Below, piece after piece: positions 1-8,401 of a stretch of 15,748 bases of DNA. The position numbers and the translations under genes are program-made. The notes beneath the pieces were generated by a model. It was not told the DNA's origin. It did no database searches and saw only the letters and a program-made list of their open reading frames with translations. Source of the stretch: Amoeboradix gromovi X-113 (taxonomy: Eukaryota; Fungi; Sanchytriomycota); NCBI GenBank assembly GCA_018985225.1, contig JADGIF010000180.1, positions 1 to 15,748 on the forward strand. Reading direction: 5' to 3'. Each line of letters starts with the position of its first letter. Positions within the stretch are counted from its first letter, which is position 1.

Positions 1-165
1 CTGATAAGCTGGTCCAAACACGGAAATTCGATGCCATGTACAATACTTGGCACTCTAAAGAAAACCAATTTGGAGAGTAACACTTTTATTAATTGTCATT
101 TGAAGATAGATAGAGATGATATGGTAGCAAGGAACATATACATCAAGTATCTGCATCCTTATTCA
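1..165 (+). pseudogene. Degenerate C-terminus of a TnpB/Fanzor (Fanzor2/IS607-TnpB type) RuvC endonuclease, truncated by the window edge
   Basis: Frame 1 reads ...SMPCTILGTLKKTNLESNTFINCHLKIDRDDMVARNIYIKYLHPY. This matches the TnpB/Fanzor2 C-terminal pattern TSxxCxxCG...FxCxxCxxxIDRDxNxARNI with eroded zinc-finger cysteines. The homologous copy at 8082-8175 has TAA where this copy has TCA (163-165), which marks the likely ancestral stop. Confidence 0.75.
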
Positions 166-206
166 ATCCCGCCTCAGGGTAGTGAAAGCGTGAGCAATCA
201 CTGTAA
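112..206 (+). repeat. Dispersed repeat copy A (inverted relative to 8082-8175)
   Basis: Manual alignment to the reverse complement of 8082-8175 gives 81/95 identical positions with one gap. Confidence 0.95.
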
Positions 207-288
207 CGGAACATCTAGCATTGCTAGTTTCTCTGTGGAAATTCTCGACTTTCTCGGAAATCAGGACTTTCAACGAGGAATCTGAAGG
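166..288 (+). ncRNA. Candidate Fanzor omegaRNA scaffold / transposon right end
   Basis: Non-coding segment directly after the RuvC-III motif and conserved in the second copy. It contains GTGA-GCAA-TCAC (GNRA hairpin, 190-201; alternative stem TAGTG/CACTG), the palindrome CTAGCA-T-TGCTAG (about 214-226) and imperfect ~19-nt direct repeats GGAAAT..GACTTTC (237-255, 256-274), ending near GG at 287-288. The RNA function is inferred from the known TnpB/Fanzor architecture. Confidence 0.45.
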
Positions 289-442
289 AACAATTTCATA
301 GTCAAACGAATCATGAAACAAATCCCAGTCCAATTTGCTAATTCTGAACCCTGAATTTGATTTGATATCGTCATTTACCAGTAAATTTTTTCTCACCCTA
401 GTCTAGAAATCATTAAGCGCGTCCCATCTGTATCAAGTTAGA

Positions 443-1861
443 ATGCTAATTGCAACTCTTACTTTTGCTGTTTTATGTGGATGTAACAACACACCGGGAA
501 CAAAAGAATGCTCTAAAAAGATCAATGGTTATTTCGGTAAAATGGAACCGGAAGTCACATACAATTTAGTGACCGGAAGAGATAAAATAGGCTTGGATGC
601 AATCGTGAGAGAAACTAGAACTGTATTACAAAACCAGATTGAGTTGCAGAACGATCTAACAGATCATTGCTTTACTGAAGCCACTGCAAAGTTAGCGCTG
701 TTAGCTTGCCAAAATGGTGATGATGAATTATTATTTGCTATTTCAAGCACTCATCCCGCAAATTATTTAAACTTAATAGAAGGTAGAGTTGAGATAGGAA
801 CTAACGAAATAGACGGCTATCGTTGCTTGGCACCCATATCTGTATTGGGTAGCTTTACGAACAATTATGACAAATTTAAAACTTTAGAAGCCATTCTAAC
901 AAGACACAGAGAATTGCTGTACAAATTAGTATTGACCACTAACTCCAACAGCGCCTTTGGATTGATAAGCAATAGAAATTCATTGAAATTCATTTTATCA
1001 GAGTGTAAAACCAAAGATATTTTCAAAGACCTAATAGAATTACAAATTAAATACCAGCTACTCAATGAACCCATAGACCCGCCAACACAAGGCGAAGACA
1101 GGTTTGTTGATTTAATTTTTAAAGAGCATGCAAATTGGGATAAATCTAGAGCTTGGAAGAACTACAATCGCTTGAGCTTGTTAAATGATGTTAAAGAGCA
1201 AAAGGGCTCTCATGCTTATACCATCCAGTTTATATTTGACTCCTTAGATGAAACAAAAACTGAAATTCGAAGGTTTGTTATTTGCGCTGCTGTAGCAACC
1301 AACAACCTTCTTGATTTAATCTTCATATTTGAAAACCGGAGCAGCTTTAAGTTCAACAACAATTTATTTTTATCTGCAATGTTGTTTTCCATGAAAAATT
1401 CCAACAAACTCCTAGGGATATTTATATCATGGATAGACTCGAAAGACATCAAGCTTAGATATTATCTGGATCTGATTTTGTGTATTTTGGACAACAATGA
1501 GTTATCAGAGTACCTGAATGCCAATATAATTGATTTCTTCTCAAATTTAACCAGAAACGAACTCTCTCAGTACAATAACGTTATGTTCTCTCTAAAGCGC
1601 AAGGCAGAAGGAATGCTTCCATCGAAAAAGAAGTCAAAATTATCAAAGAAATTCGGGAAAAAGAAAAAAATTGAAAAAGAAGTCGACGAGTTTAAATTCG
1701 AATTGGTCTTAAAGAGTGTTGTAGTATTCAAATGTGCTCTATCAAGTACAGAAGACTCCGAATATAAAACTTTAGCTGAGTCAAAAATTCAAATACTTCG
1801 GAATCTACTCGAAAGCCATGAGGACAAATCAATAGTGATGACAAAAATATTTAGTGACTAG
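443..1861 (+). CDS. Hypothetical 472-aa protein with a probable N-terminal signal peptide and a C-terminal lysine-rich NLS-like tract
   Basis: Long uninterrupted ORF with a hydrophobic N-terminus (MLIATLTFAVLCG) and KRKAEGMLPSKKKSKLSKKFGKKKK near the C-terminus. AATAAA lies about 25 nt after the stop. No family recognised. Confidence 0.8.
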   Translation: MLIATLTFAVLCGCNNTPGTKECSKKINGYFGKMEPEVTYNLVTGRDKIGLDAIVRETRTVLQNQIELQNDLTDHCFTEATAKLALLACQNGDDELLFAISSTHPANYLNLIEGRVEIGTNEIDGYRCLAPISVLGSFTNNYDKFKTLEAILTRHRELLYKLVLTTNSNSAFGLISNRNSLKFILSECKTKDIFKDLIELQIKYQLLNEPIDPPTQGEDRFVDLIFKEHANWDKSRAWKNYNRLSLLNDVKEQKGSHAYTIQFIFDSLDETKTEIRRFVICAAVATNNLLDLIFIFENRSSFKFNNNLFLSAMLFSMKNSNKLLGIFISWIDSKDIKLRYYLDLILCILDNNELSEYLNANIIDFFSNLTRNELSQYNNVMFSLKRKAEGMLPSKKKSKLSKKFGKKKKIEKEVDEFKFELVLKSVVVFKCALSSTEDSEYKTLAESKIQILRNLLESHEDKSIVMTKIFSD

Positions 1862-1968
1862 CAAAACATTTCAGCTTGAGAAAAACAATAAACTCTTCTA
1901 TTAACTGATCATCCTGTTACGACTTTCTAAATTTAAAAAAATCCAAAACATTAAGCCACGATCTCTCA

Positions 1969-2493
1969 ATGTTGATTTCTTTCTTGGTAGTATATTCAGA
2001 GTTTGTTGCAACCACGAATGGTAAAGCTATATTTACAAATCCCGTTCCTATATATGTTGGTGATACTGGAGATATCAAAATAGTCGCAAGCATTCCTTTA
2101 AACTATAATTACACTCTAAGCTGGACTTATAACAACCAATATACCGCAGCCAATTCAACTACTCTTGTGCTAGATATTGTAGATCCAACTATAGGTGATT
2201 CTAAACCTATACTTATATATGACAAGCTATCTGGAAGCGACACATCTTATGTTTGGTTCGTTGATCCAACGAAGTTCAAGGGAGATGTTACTGGATATCA
2301 ATTTCGTTTATATGACAGCACCTGCGCTCCTCCAAAGTGTGTCTTACCCGCCCTTGGCCGTTTAGTCATTAGCGCTTCACAGCCATTCATCATTTACAAC
2401 CCTCCTGATTCTGTTCAAGATAACCCATTGATAAACTCCTCAGATCTCCTGAACTCTTGCTTGTATTGGTTAATACTATTCGTCTTTCAATGA
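1969..2493 (+). CDS. Secreted, probably GPI-anchored surface protein (Kre9/Knh1-like N-terminal beta-sandwich type)
   Basis: Signal-peptide-like start, a beta-rich core with LSW...SYxWxV...YxFRL...SxxFxI spacing, and a hydrophobic C-terminal tail (NSS...CLYWLILFVFQ). AATAAA at 2499-2504. Confidence 0.7.
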   Translation: MLISFLVVYSEFVATTNGKAIFTNPVPIYVGDTGDIKIVASIPLNYNYTLSWTYNNQYTAANSTTLVLDIVDPTIGDSKPILIYDKLSGSDTSYVWFVDPTKFKGDVTGYQFRLYDSTCAPPKCVLPALGRLVISASQPFIIYNPPDSVQDNPLINSSDLLNSCLYWLILFVFQ

Positions 2494-2520
2494 GGGCAAA
2501 TAAATTAATTTTAATCACAT

Positions 2521-3720
2521 TTATTGAGATAAAATTTCTGAAATGTTCATCGGCATTTCTTCAATCTTAGTGTTGTAATGTTTTTCGATTGCTTCTAACT
2601 GTGGTCTTTCTTCATCAGTGACAAAATTGATTGCACTTCCTTTTCTTCCAAATCTTCCAGATCTTCCAATACTATGTTAGTTTGTATGATACCGATGCAA
2701 GTAGTTTTCTAAAGATTGTGGGACATCATAATTAATTACTAAACTAATCTGCTGTACATCAATTCCTCTTGCCAATAAATCAGTAGCAATCAAGACTCTA
2801 CTGGATCCAGTTCTGAATTCATTCATAATCTGACTACGTTCTTCTTGGGTCATATCACCATGCATAAAACTAACTACAAATTCTTTCTTTTTGAGTTCCT
2901 CAGCTAGCCAGTTGACCTTGTTACGCGTGTTGCAGAAAATAACACATTGAGCTACACTGATACTGTTATACAAATCGAATAGAGTCTCCAACTTATGTTC
3001 TTCTTGTACCAAATTAACATAGTACTGTTTTATACCTTCTAATGTCAATTCTTCACGTTTAACGAAAATATTGACAGGATCTCTCATAAACTTGGAGGTC
3101 ATATCTTTTGCCTCATCAGGCAAGGTAGCACTTAGTAGGCACACTTGTACGCTTCCAGGTAGGGTTTGAAAAATGTTATAGATTTGATCTTTGAATCCTC
3201 GAGAAAGCATTTCATCGGCTTCGTCCAACACGAACATGGACAGATTTTCTGTGGACAAGGATCCACGAGAAATCATGTCGTAAACTCTACCGGGCGTTCC
3301 TACAACAATATGAACTCCTCGTTCTAAGATCTCCATATCTTCTCGAGAGTTTCTACCACCAATACAGACATGAATGGTACATTTAGTGTGTTGACCAAGT
3401 TTCTGCATGACATCAGTGATCTGCTGTGCCAACTCTCTAGTTGGTGCTAACACAAGCGCTTGAGTTTTATTAACAGATTCGTTGATTCTTTGCAAAATAG
3501 AGATGGTAAAGGTACCAGTTTTACCTGTACCTGATTGAGCTTGAGCGATTACATCATGTCCTTTAATAATTGGCATGATGGCACGCTGTTGAATTGCTGA
3601 TGGTCTTTCAAAACCATAACCAAATACTCCTCTTAAAAGCTCATCTTTCAGATCCATATCGTCAAATTTGGTAAAGATGTCATTCCAGTTACTATCGAAT
3701 TGAACTTCGTTGTCTGCCAT
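2521..3720 (-). CDS. eIF4A: Eukaryotic initiation factor 4A, DEAD-box RNA helicase; exons 3720-2693 and 2671-2521, 392 aa
   Basis: Q motif [38 protein letters not shown] and ARGID are all present. Removing 2672-2692 restores motif [17 protein letters not shown] and a normal C-terminus (..[14 protein letters not shown]). Confidence 0.97.
2672..2692 (-). other. 21-nt spliceosomal intron in eIF4A
   Basis: GTATCATACAAACTAACATAG has GT..AG ends, an ACTAAC branch motif and an in-frame TAA, and it interrupts the invariant HRIGR motif. Confidence 0.93.
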
Positions 3721-4185
3721 TTGTTTTGCCCTCTGCCCCTAGAACTTCAGAATCAAATAATTTTTAAAAAAGAGGTGATTTGTACAAACGCTATTTATCA
3801 ACTCGGTCACTTTTTCTTTATATTGAAAAGCTCAAAGGCCTGCTCCAAAACAAATGAATTGCGCTTTTTTTGGGGTACGCTTGAAATTAAAAAGTTTTAT
3901 TAAGTTGACTAGAGTCAAAAAGAGGACCAATATAATTCAGGAATTCTGTTTGGTTCTATTACAATTAATCTAATATGAGTTCGACGACCAGCGTCTGATT
4001 CTGTGCAGGTTCCAGAATTCCTCTTAATTTCAATCATATTCTTCTGAGATACTATTTCTATTTATTCTTTTCCGTTGAATCATATGATTTTTTCATGATT
4101 TTAGAATTGCGCGATATTAACTCAGTATGATTGGCTAAACCAATTTAAAGGAGAACCTTGTTTTGAGACGAGTCTTTTCGCTGTG

Positions 4186-4335
4186 ATGACCAAAAACTAT
4201 CCAGGTGATTACAAATCTAAACCATCTGAAAATCCACCTAATCAAGAGTATATCGATCAAGTTAAAGCTCAAAGAGAAGGTAATAAAAAGAAGAATATAT
4301 TTTGGGTGTTCTTATATGCAGGATGTTGCCGCTAG
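4186..4335 (+). CDS. Putative small 49-aa tail-anchored, cysteine-ended (CYSTM-like) protein
   Basis: MTKNYPGDYKSKPSENPPNQEYIDQVKAQREGNKKKNIFWVFLYAGCCR*: Pro/Gln/Tyr-rich N-terminus, basic patch, hydrophobic stretch and CC. AATAAA at 4348-4353 follows the stop as in neighbouring genes. Below the ORF-track cutoff. Confidence 0.45.
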   Translation: MTKNYPGDYKSKPSENPPNQEYIDQVKAQREGNKKKNIFWVFLYAGCCR

Positions 4336-4360
4336 TGCTACAATTGTAATAAACAACTCA

Positions 4361-6554
4361 TTAATGCTTTACTAATATGTTTTGGTTTATATCTAATTTG
4401 TATGGCGACTCATGGTCTATTATTAAGTTCATGACATTTTTGTGAACCAGGTCTTCTTTTAACTCAAATTTTAATGCCAGGTGTCTCATTGGCATTCTTG
4501 TGAATGTGTCTGCACATGAATGTAGGAACCCTACCAAAGCCTTTTCTTTGAACGTTCTAGATAAGTAAAAATTACTGAATCAATGTTTTTTTCGCGTCAT
4601 TAGATAAAAACTTCCAAATTCCACTTGTTTGTGCTATTTCAATACCCTTTCTATAATCCCCAGACATCAATGCATGGGTTATCATGAATACATAATCCTT
4701 GCTACTCTCTGGTGGCACATTGTGGTTTGAAACAAACTCTAAATATAATTCCTTGAAATAGACGTCAGGGGTTTCTGTATGCTGAGACAGTTTAATCCAG
4801 TTGAACTCTATAACCATCATACTAGTGAACAATGCACATTCTAGTATATCTTTGTCTATTTGCAGATGAAACGGTAAAGCCTTTTTCTTTTCTGTAGACT
4901 CGAACTCATTCGCTTCAATCGTAGCATCCAAAAATGCAGAACTGGTCTGCCCCAAAAGTTCCACGACAGAGTCACTGCGATAAAATTCAAATAGCAATTC
5001 AACTACCAAATCATGATATCCAAGTTGAAATGCGCTGAGAGCGATTAGACATCTAGTTCTGTTGTATAAAACTAGAATGTTAACATCAACAAGATAATCT
5101 GAATAGTAAAAGAAGTTAAAATAGTGCAATGCGTCATTAAAATGGTTATTAACAGCTAAATGATAGATGAGTAGTAAATACGCTTTTGCAGCTATTTTAG
5201 CATCAGATTGAGCAATCAAATATCTAGCGCAATTAACAACGCTCGATAGTGCATCTTCTTTGATATTTAAAGCATCAAAAATGGATTGGTTTGAATGTGC
5301 TGATCTGTAATATAGTTTTTCCAACAGCCTTAAAGTTAGCCTAACAGTACCGGAATCCTCCTTGCTCTTGATTAGAGATTGAAGTCTTTTGTATATAATA
5401 GAAGCCCTTTCTATCAGAGATATTATAAGATACTCTTTCGAATATATTTCTTCGTACAAGATAATTTCAGAGGAGTCGACATTTTGCAATATCTTGGTGA
5501 ACTCCTCATCAAATCGTTCTATGATGCCAACAATACTGCCTTTAATGTTGAATTCATTCTCATAAGACACAGAATCGTCAATTAAAACTTCGTCATCAGG
5601 GAGAGGCTCAAATATTTCGTGGACAATGATTGAAGGATTTTGTTCAAGAATAGATAGTATCTCATCTATATGTACGCTGGCTTCTTTCCAATAAGTATAT
5701 GATAGTGTGTTCAAGTTATGCTCTGGTGAATCATCGACCGGTGCAGAACCAGAGTAGTCAAATTTAGCATTGACCAGGGTAAGTAAGATTTTGAGTTTAT
5801 CATTATTTTTATCTGCCACATTTAGCATTACTTGTAAATTGGTCAAAAATTCACTTCCCAATCGATTCTTGGGGTCCAAAAGATCGTAAAATCGATTCAT
5901 CACATTATCTGAAGTAAGTTCTTCGTCTTTCTTTTCTAAGATAACATCGCTAAACTTTACTTCCTTCTTCTTGTGATTCTCTTTGCGTTCCTTTTTTTGC
6001 TTTTTAGTGTCCTTGGATTTTATTAAATCACTGAGACCGTGCTCGTGCAAAAACCTCTCTCTATAGTCACGTTTCATCCATCTCAGCCTTCCGGTAAATT
6101 CCTCACCACTGTCGTCTTCCATTTCATCGGTTCTAATTTCGTCCTTTTTTTTCAGCCATTTTTCGCGAATGAGCTGTGCCTTATCTTTCTTTTCTTTAGA
6201 AATAGGACCCTCGTCTTCTGAAGATTCTTCAACAGTCACCCATCTACTGACATTTAATTCTGAACTTGCATCAGAAAAGAATCCACTTGAACTGGACTCA
6301 TCTGAAGAAGAAGTTTCTGATTCATCACTAGAATCCTCGCTAGATTCTTCGGCAGATTCATCTTCGCTGGTGCTTGATTCCTCTGTAGATGTTGTTCCAC
6401 TCGATTCTTCGCTACCTGTTGACGACTCCTCACTGGATGTAGAATCATCAGAACTATCTTCATTTAATGCTGCAAAGGCATTACGGACCTCGGACACGCT
6501 ACTATCGCTAGACTCGCTACTTGCAAGAACAACTGTTTGTTTCTTTTGGACCAT
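4361..6554 (-). CDS. eIF3c: Eukaryotic initiation factor 3 subunit c (NIP1-like, PCI domain); exons 6554-4576 and 4556-4361, about 724 aa
   Basis: Ser/acidic N-terminus plus GSIVGIIERFDEEFTKILQ, LLEKLYY, AYLLLIYHLAV, LYNRT..L.AF..G, ELLGQ and LPFHLQI. After removing a 19-nt intron the frame continues TFKEKALVGFL...LALKFEL..DLVHKNVMNLII...LD...ILVKH*, matching the eIF3c PCI winged-helix. The first ATG is at 6554; the track start at 6602 is TTG. Confidence 0.9.
4557..4575 (-). other. 19-nt spliceosomal intron in eIF3c
   Basis: GTAATTTTTACTTATCTAG. Its removal shifts the frame and restores about 64 further codons homologous to the eIF3c C-terminus. Confidence 0.88.
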
Positions 6555-6883
6555 TCTCCTCAAGGAGATACTATGAAAAACTATAAACACAATCGGGACC
6601 AATTTACAATACGTAAACGATCATGGACCTATACCACATCTCATCAATGGATTAGATCAAGCAATTATAAATGATAGAGGTTCCTCACCTTTCATAAGCA
6701 GATAATAACTTAGCAATCGTTTGAACAAGCATTGCCATATATTTATCTTCAAATGAATTACAGCCGGCTCGTAGCAGGCTATCCTTTTCACAAAGGCAAC
6801 AAATTTCTCAAATAAAATTTTAAGATATTGATTTGTACCTTATGCAACTAATCAGAAATGTTTGTAACTACAATTTAATTTAC

Positions 6884-7924
6884 TTAAATCTCAAAGTCTG
6901 TTCCTATTATTAAATGATCTGATGGGAAAACATCGTTTGGTAACCCTGAGCCAAGTTCATTTTCATTTGGAATCCTGAAATAGCTATTAATCTTAACATT
7001 TCGAATAAAAATGTAGTCAATGCATGCTTTGAATCCAAAGCAGTAATTTGTATACAATGGCTCGTTGAATTCTGATATGTAATCAGAGATGTCTCCATTT
7101 ATATCAAGCACTTTTTCCTCCATATTATTGCGATAGATATCATTGCCAATTCTTATAGAATTCAATTCTATGCGTTGGTCATTCAAAAATTCCGAGTAAA
7201 CGCTTTTAAATTTCGGCAAGTCCAAATAGTTAGCAAACCTCCAAAGTTCTTTGACTGATTTATCCCCAATTTCCTCAATAGATAGAATGTCTTCATTTAT
7301 GACCGATCTCTTTAGACCTTCCCTGTAGGACTCTTCTAAATTCTTTTTTTGAATTGGGGTTAAATGTAATTCGCGCTCATCACAAGTGGCCAGCCTGTAA
7401 ACCGATGTATCTGGTGTGGAATTAAAATCACCCGCAAACACGATAGGAATGTCTTTATAAGCTTTGAGAACACTGAGACAACCGATCATTCCTCTAAGCT
7501 TTGCATAATCTGCAAGTCGATGAAAATAAAGATGGGTTGTACACAACAAAAATTGAATTCCATCCTTCTCCAGAACTACACCCATCAGAAAAGAATTATC
7601 ATGCTCCCATATGTGCCTGAATGGTAGTAAAGGCTCTCTAAACTTTTTTATCATCTTAAATCTGGAATCCCAAAAAATAGCACAACCGTTGCTAGAGTTA
7701 TGTTTTTGTTCAAAATAGCCGTCTAATTCCAAGCTTGACAAGAGGGACTCAAAAATATCAATCTCTATCTCTTGTAATGTCATCAAATCAGCATTTTTAG
7801 ATTTGATTGCGCTTAGTATCAATGGCTTACGATGCCTCTTTTTCAAGCAAATATTAGAGGCTTTCGGGTATTGTTCTCTTTTGATTGTGTTCTGAGCCAA
7901 CATATTCCAACTCAGCAATCTCAT
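6884..7924 (-). CDS. EEP-family RNA nuclease/phosphatase (CCR4-like; Ngl/Angel/PDE12 group), with no LRR domain
   Basis: Motifs SWNMLAQ, LQE, TTHL, GDFNSTP, TNY...F...IDYIF and LPN..FPSDH. Confidence 0.92.
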   Translation of the reverse strand: MRLLSWNMLAQNTIKREQYPKASNICLKKRHRKPLILSAIKSKNADLMTLQEIEIDIFESLLSSLELDGYFEQKHNSSNGCAIFWDSRFKMIKKFREPLLPFRHIWEHDNSFLMGVVLEKDGIQFLLCTTHLYFHRLADYAKLRGMIGCLSVLKAYKDIPIVFAGDFNSTPDTSVYRLATCDERELHLTPIQKKNLEESYREGLKRSVINEDILSIEEIGDKSVKELWRFANYLDLPKFKSVYSEFLNDQRIELNSIRIGNDIYRNNMEEKVLDINGDISDYISEFNEPLYTNYCFGFKACIDYIFIRNVKINSYFRIPNENELGSGLPNDVFPSDHLIIGTDFEI

Positions 7925-8056
7925 CCCAACTCCTCGTTAAAAGTCTTGGTTTACGAGAATATCCAAAGAGAAACTACAGTCGATCGCTCCATTAAGCTGT
8001 TACTCATACTTCCAGCACCCTAATCAGTGATTGTTTATGTGTGCATGTATTCAAAC

Positions 8057-8175
8057 GATTTCCGTGAAATTAATTTCTTCATTACAGTGATTGCTTACTC
8101 TTACACTACCCTGAGGGGGATTTAATAAGGATGCATATATTTGATGTGTGTATTTCTTGCTGCCGTATGATCTCT
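8057..8175 (-). mobile_element. Second, short copy of the Fanzor2-type 3' end with candidate omegaRNA scaffold (repeat copy B)
   Basis: The minus strand reads RDHTAARNTHIKYMHPY* (TAA 8124-8122), followed by the same non-coding segment as 166-206. After an apparent deletion, ..TTTCACGGAAATC matches TTTCTCGGAAATC (250-262). Confidence 0.75.
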
Positions 8176-8401
8176 CCACACCAGTTTCTCAATATCGATG
8201 ACTGTATATTGTATCTACAAGTTATGTCTTTAGATCTGACAATACAGGATTGCAAGGTTTAGAACTACTCTTCATTGATGAATAAAGATGGTATCGTGTT
8301 TTATTCCATTCGAGATATCTAGAAAAGAAGAGTATCTATATACGAAAAGACGTATTTTCGATTAATGGTTTATTCAATAAATTTATCCGCTGTCTATTTC
8401 C

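Noticed and set aside
1-10. 10-mer CTGATAAGCT repeated at 12293-12302
   Set aside because: Too short and non-extending; expected by chance.
2672-2692. Stop-codon reassignment (TAA read as sense) as the explanation for the eIF4A interruption
   Set aside because: Readthrough would insert 7 aa into invariant motif VI. The eIF3c case needs a frame change, and several genes end normally at TAA.
4183-4229. Box C (GTGATGA) and box D (CTGA) suggesting a C/D snoRNA
   Set aside because: The span is short, there is no terminal stem or recognisable rRNA antisense element, and the small-ORF reading fits better.
6169-6576. 135-aa + strand ORF, and the other short track ORFs nested in or antisense to real genes (865-1074, 1216-1452, 5379-5585, 6039-6221, 6254-6463, 6910-7098, 10404-10688, 14506-14724)
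   Set aside because: These are shadow frames of well-supported genes. The 6169 ORF mirrors the Ser/acidic low-complexity tract of eIF3c.
6835-6855. Intron-like 21-mer GTACCTTATGCAACTAATCAG on the + strand
   Set aside because: All three upstream frames hit stops shortly before it, so no supportable host ORF exists.
7925-7936. GAGGAG Shine-Dalgarno-like words upstream of the EEP nuclease and eIF3c starts (minus strand)
   Set aside because: These are eukaryotic genes, the spacing is inconsistent, and the word is absent from other starts. It may be chance or a GGG/CCC-type core promoter feature.
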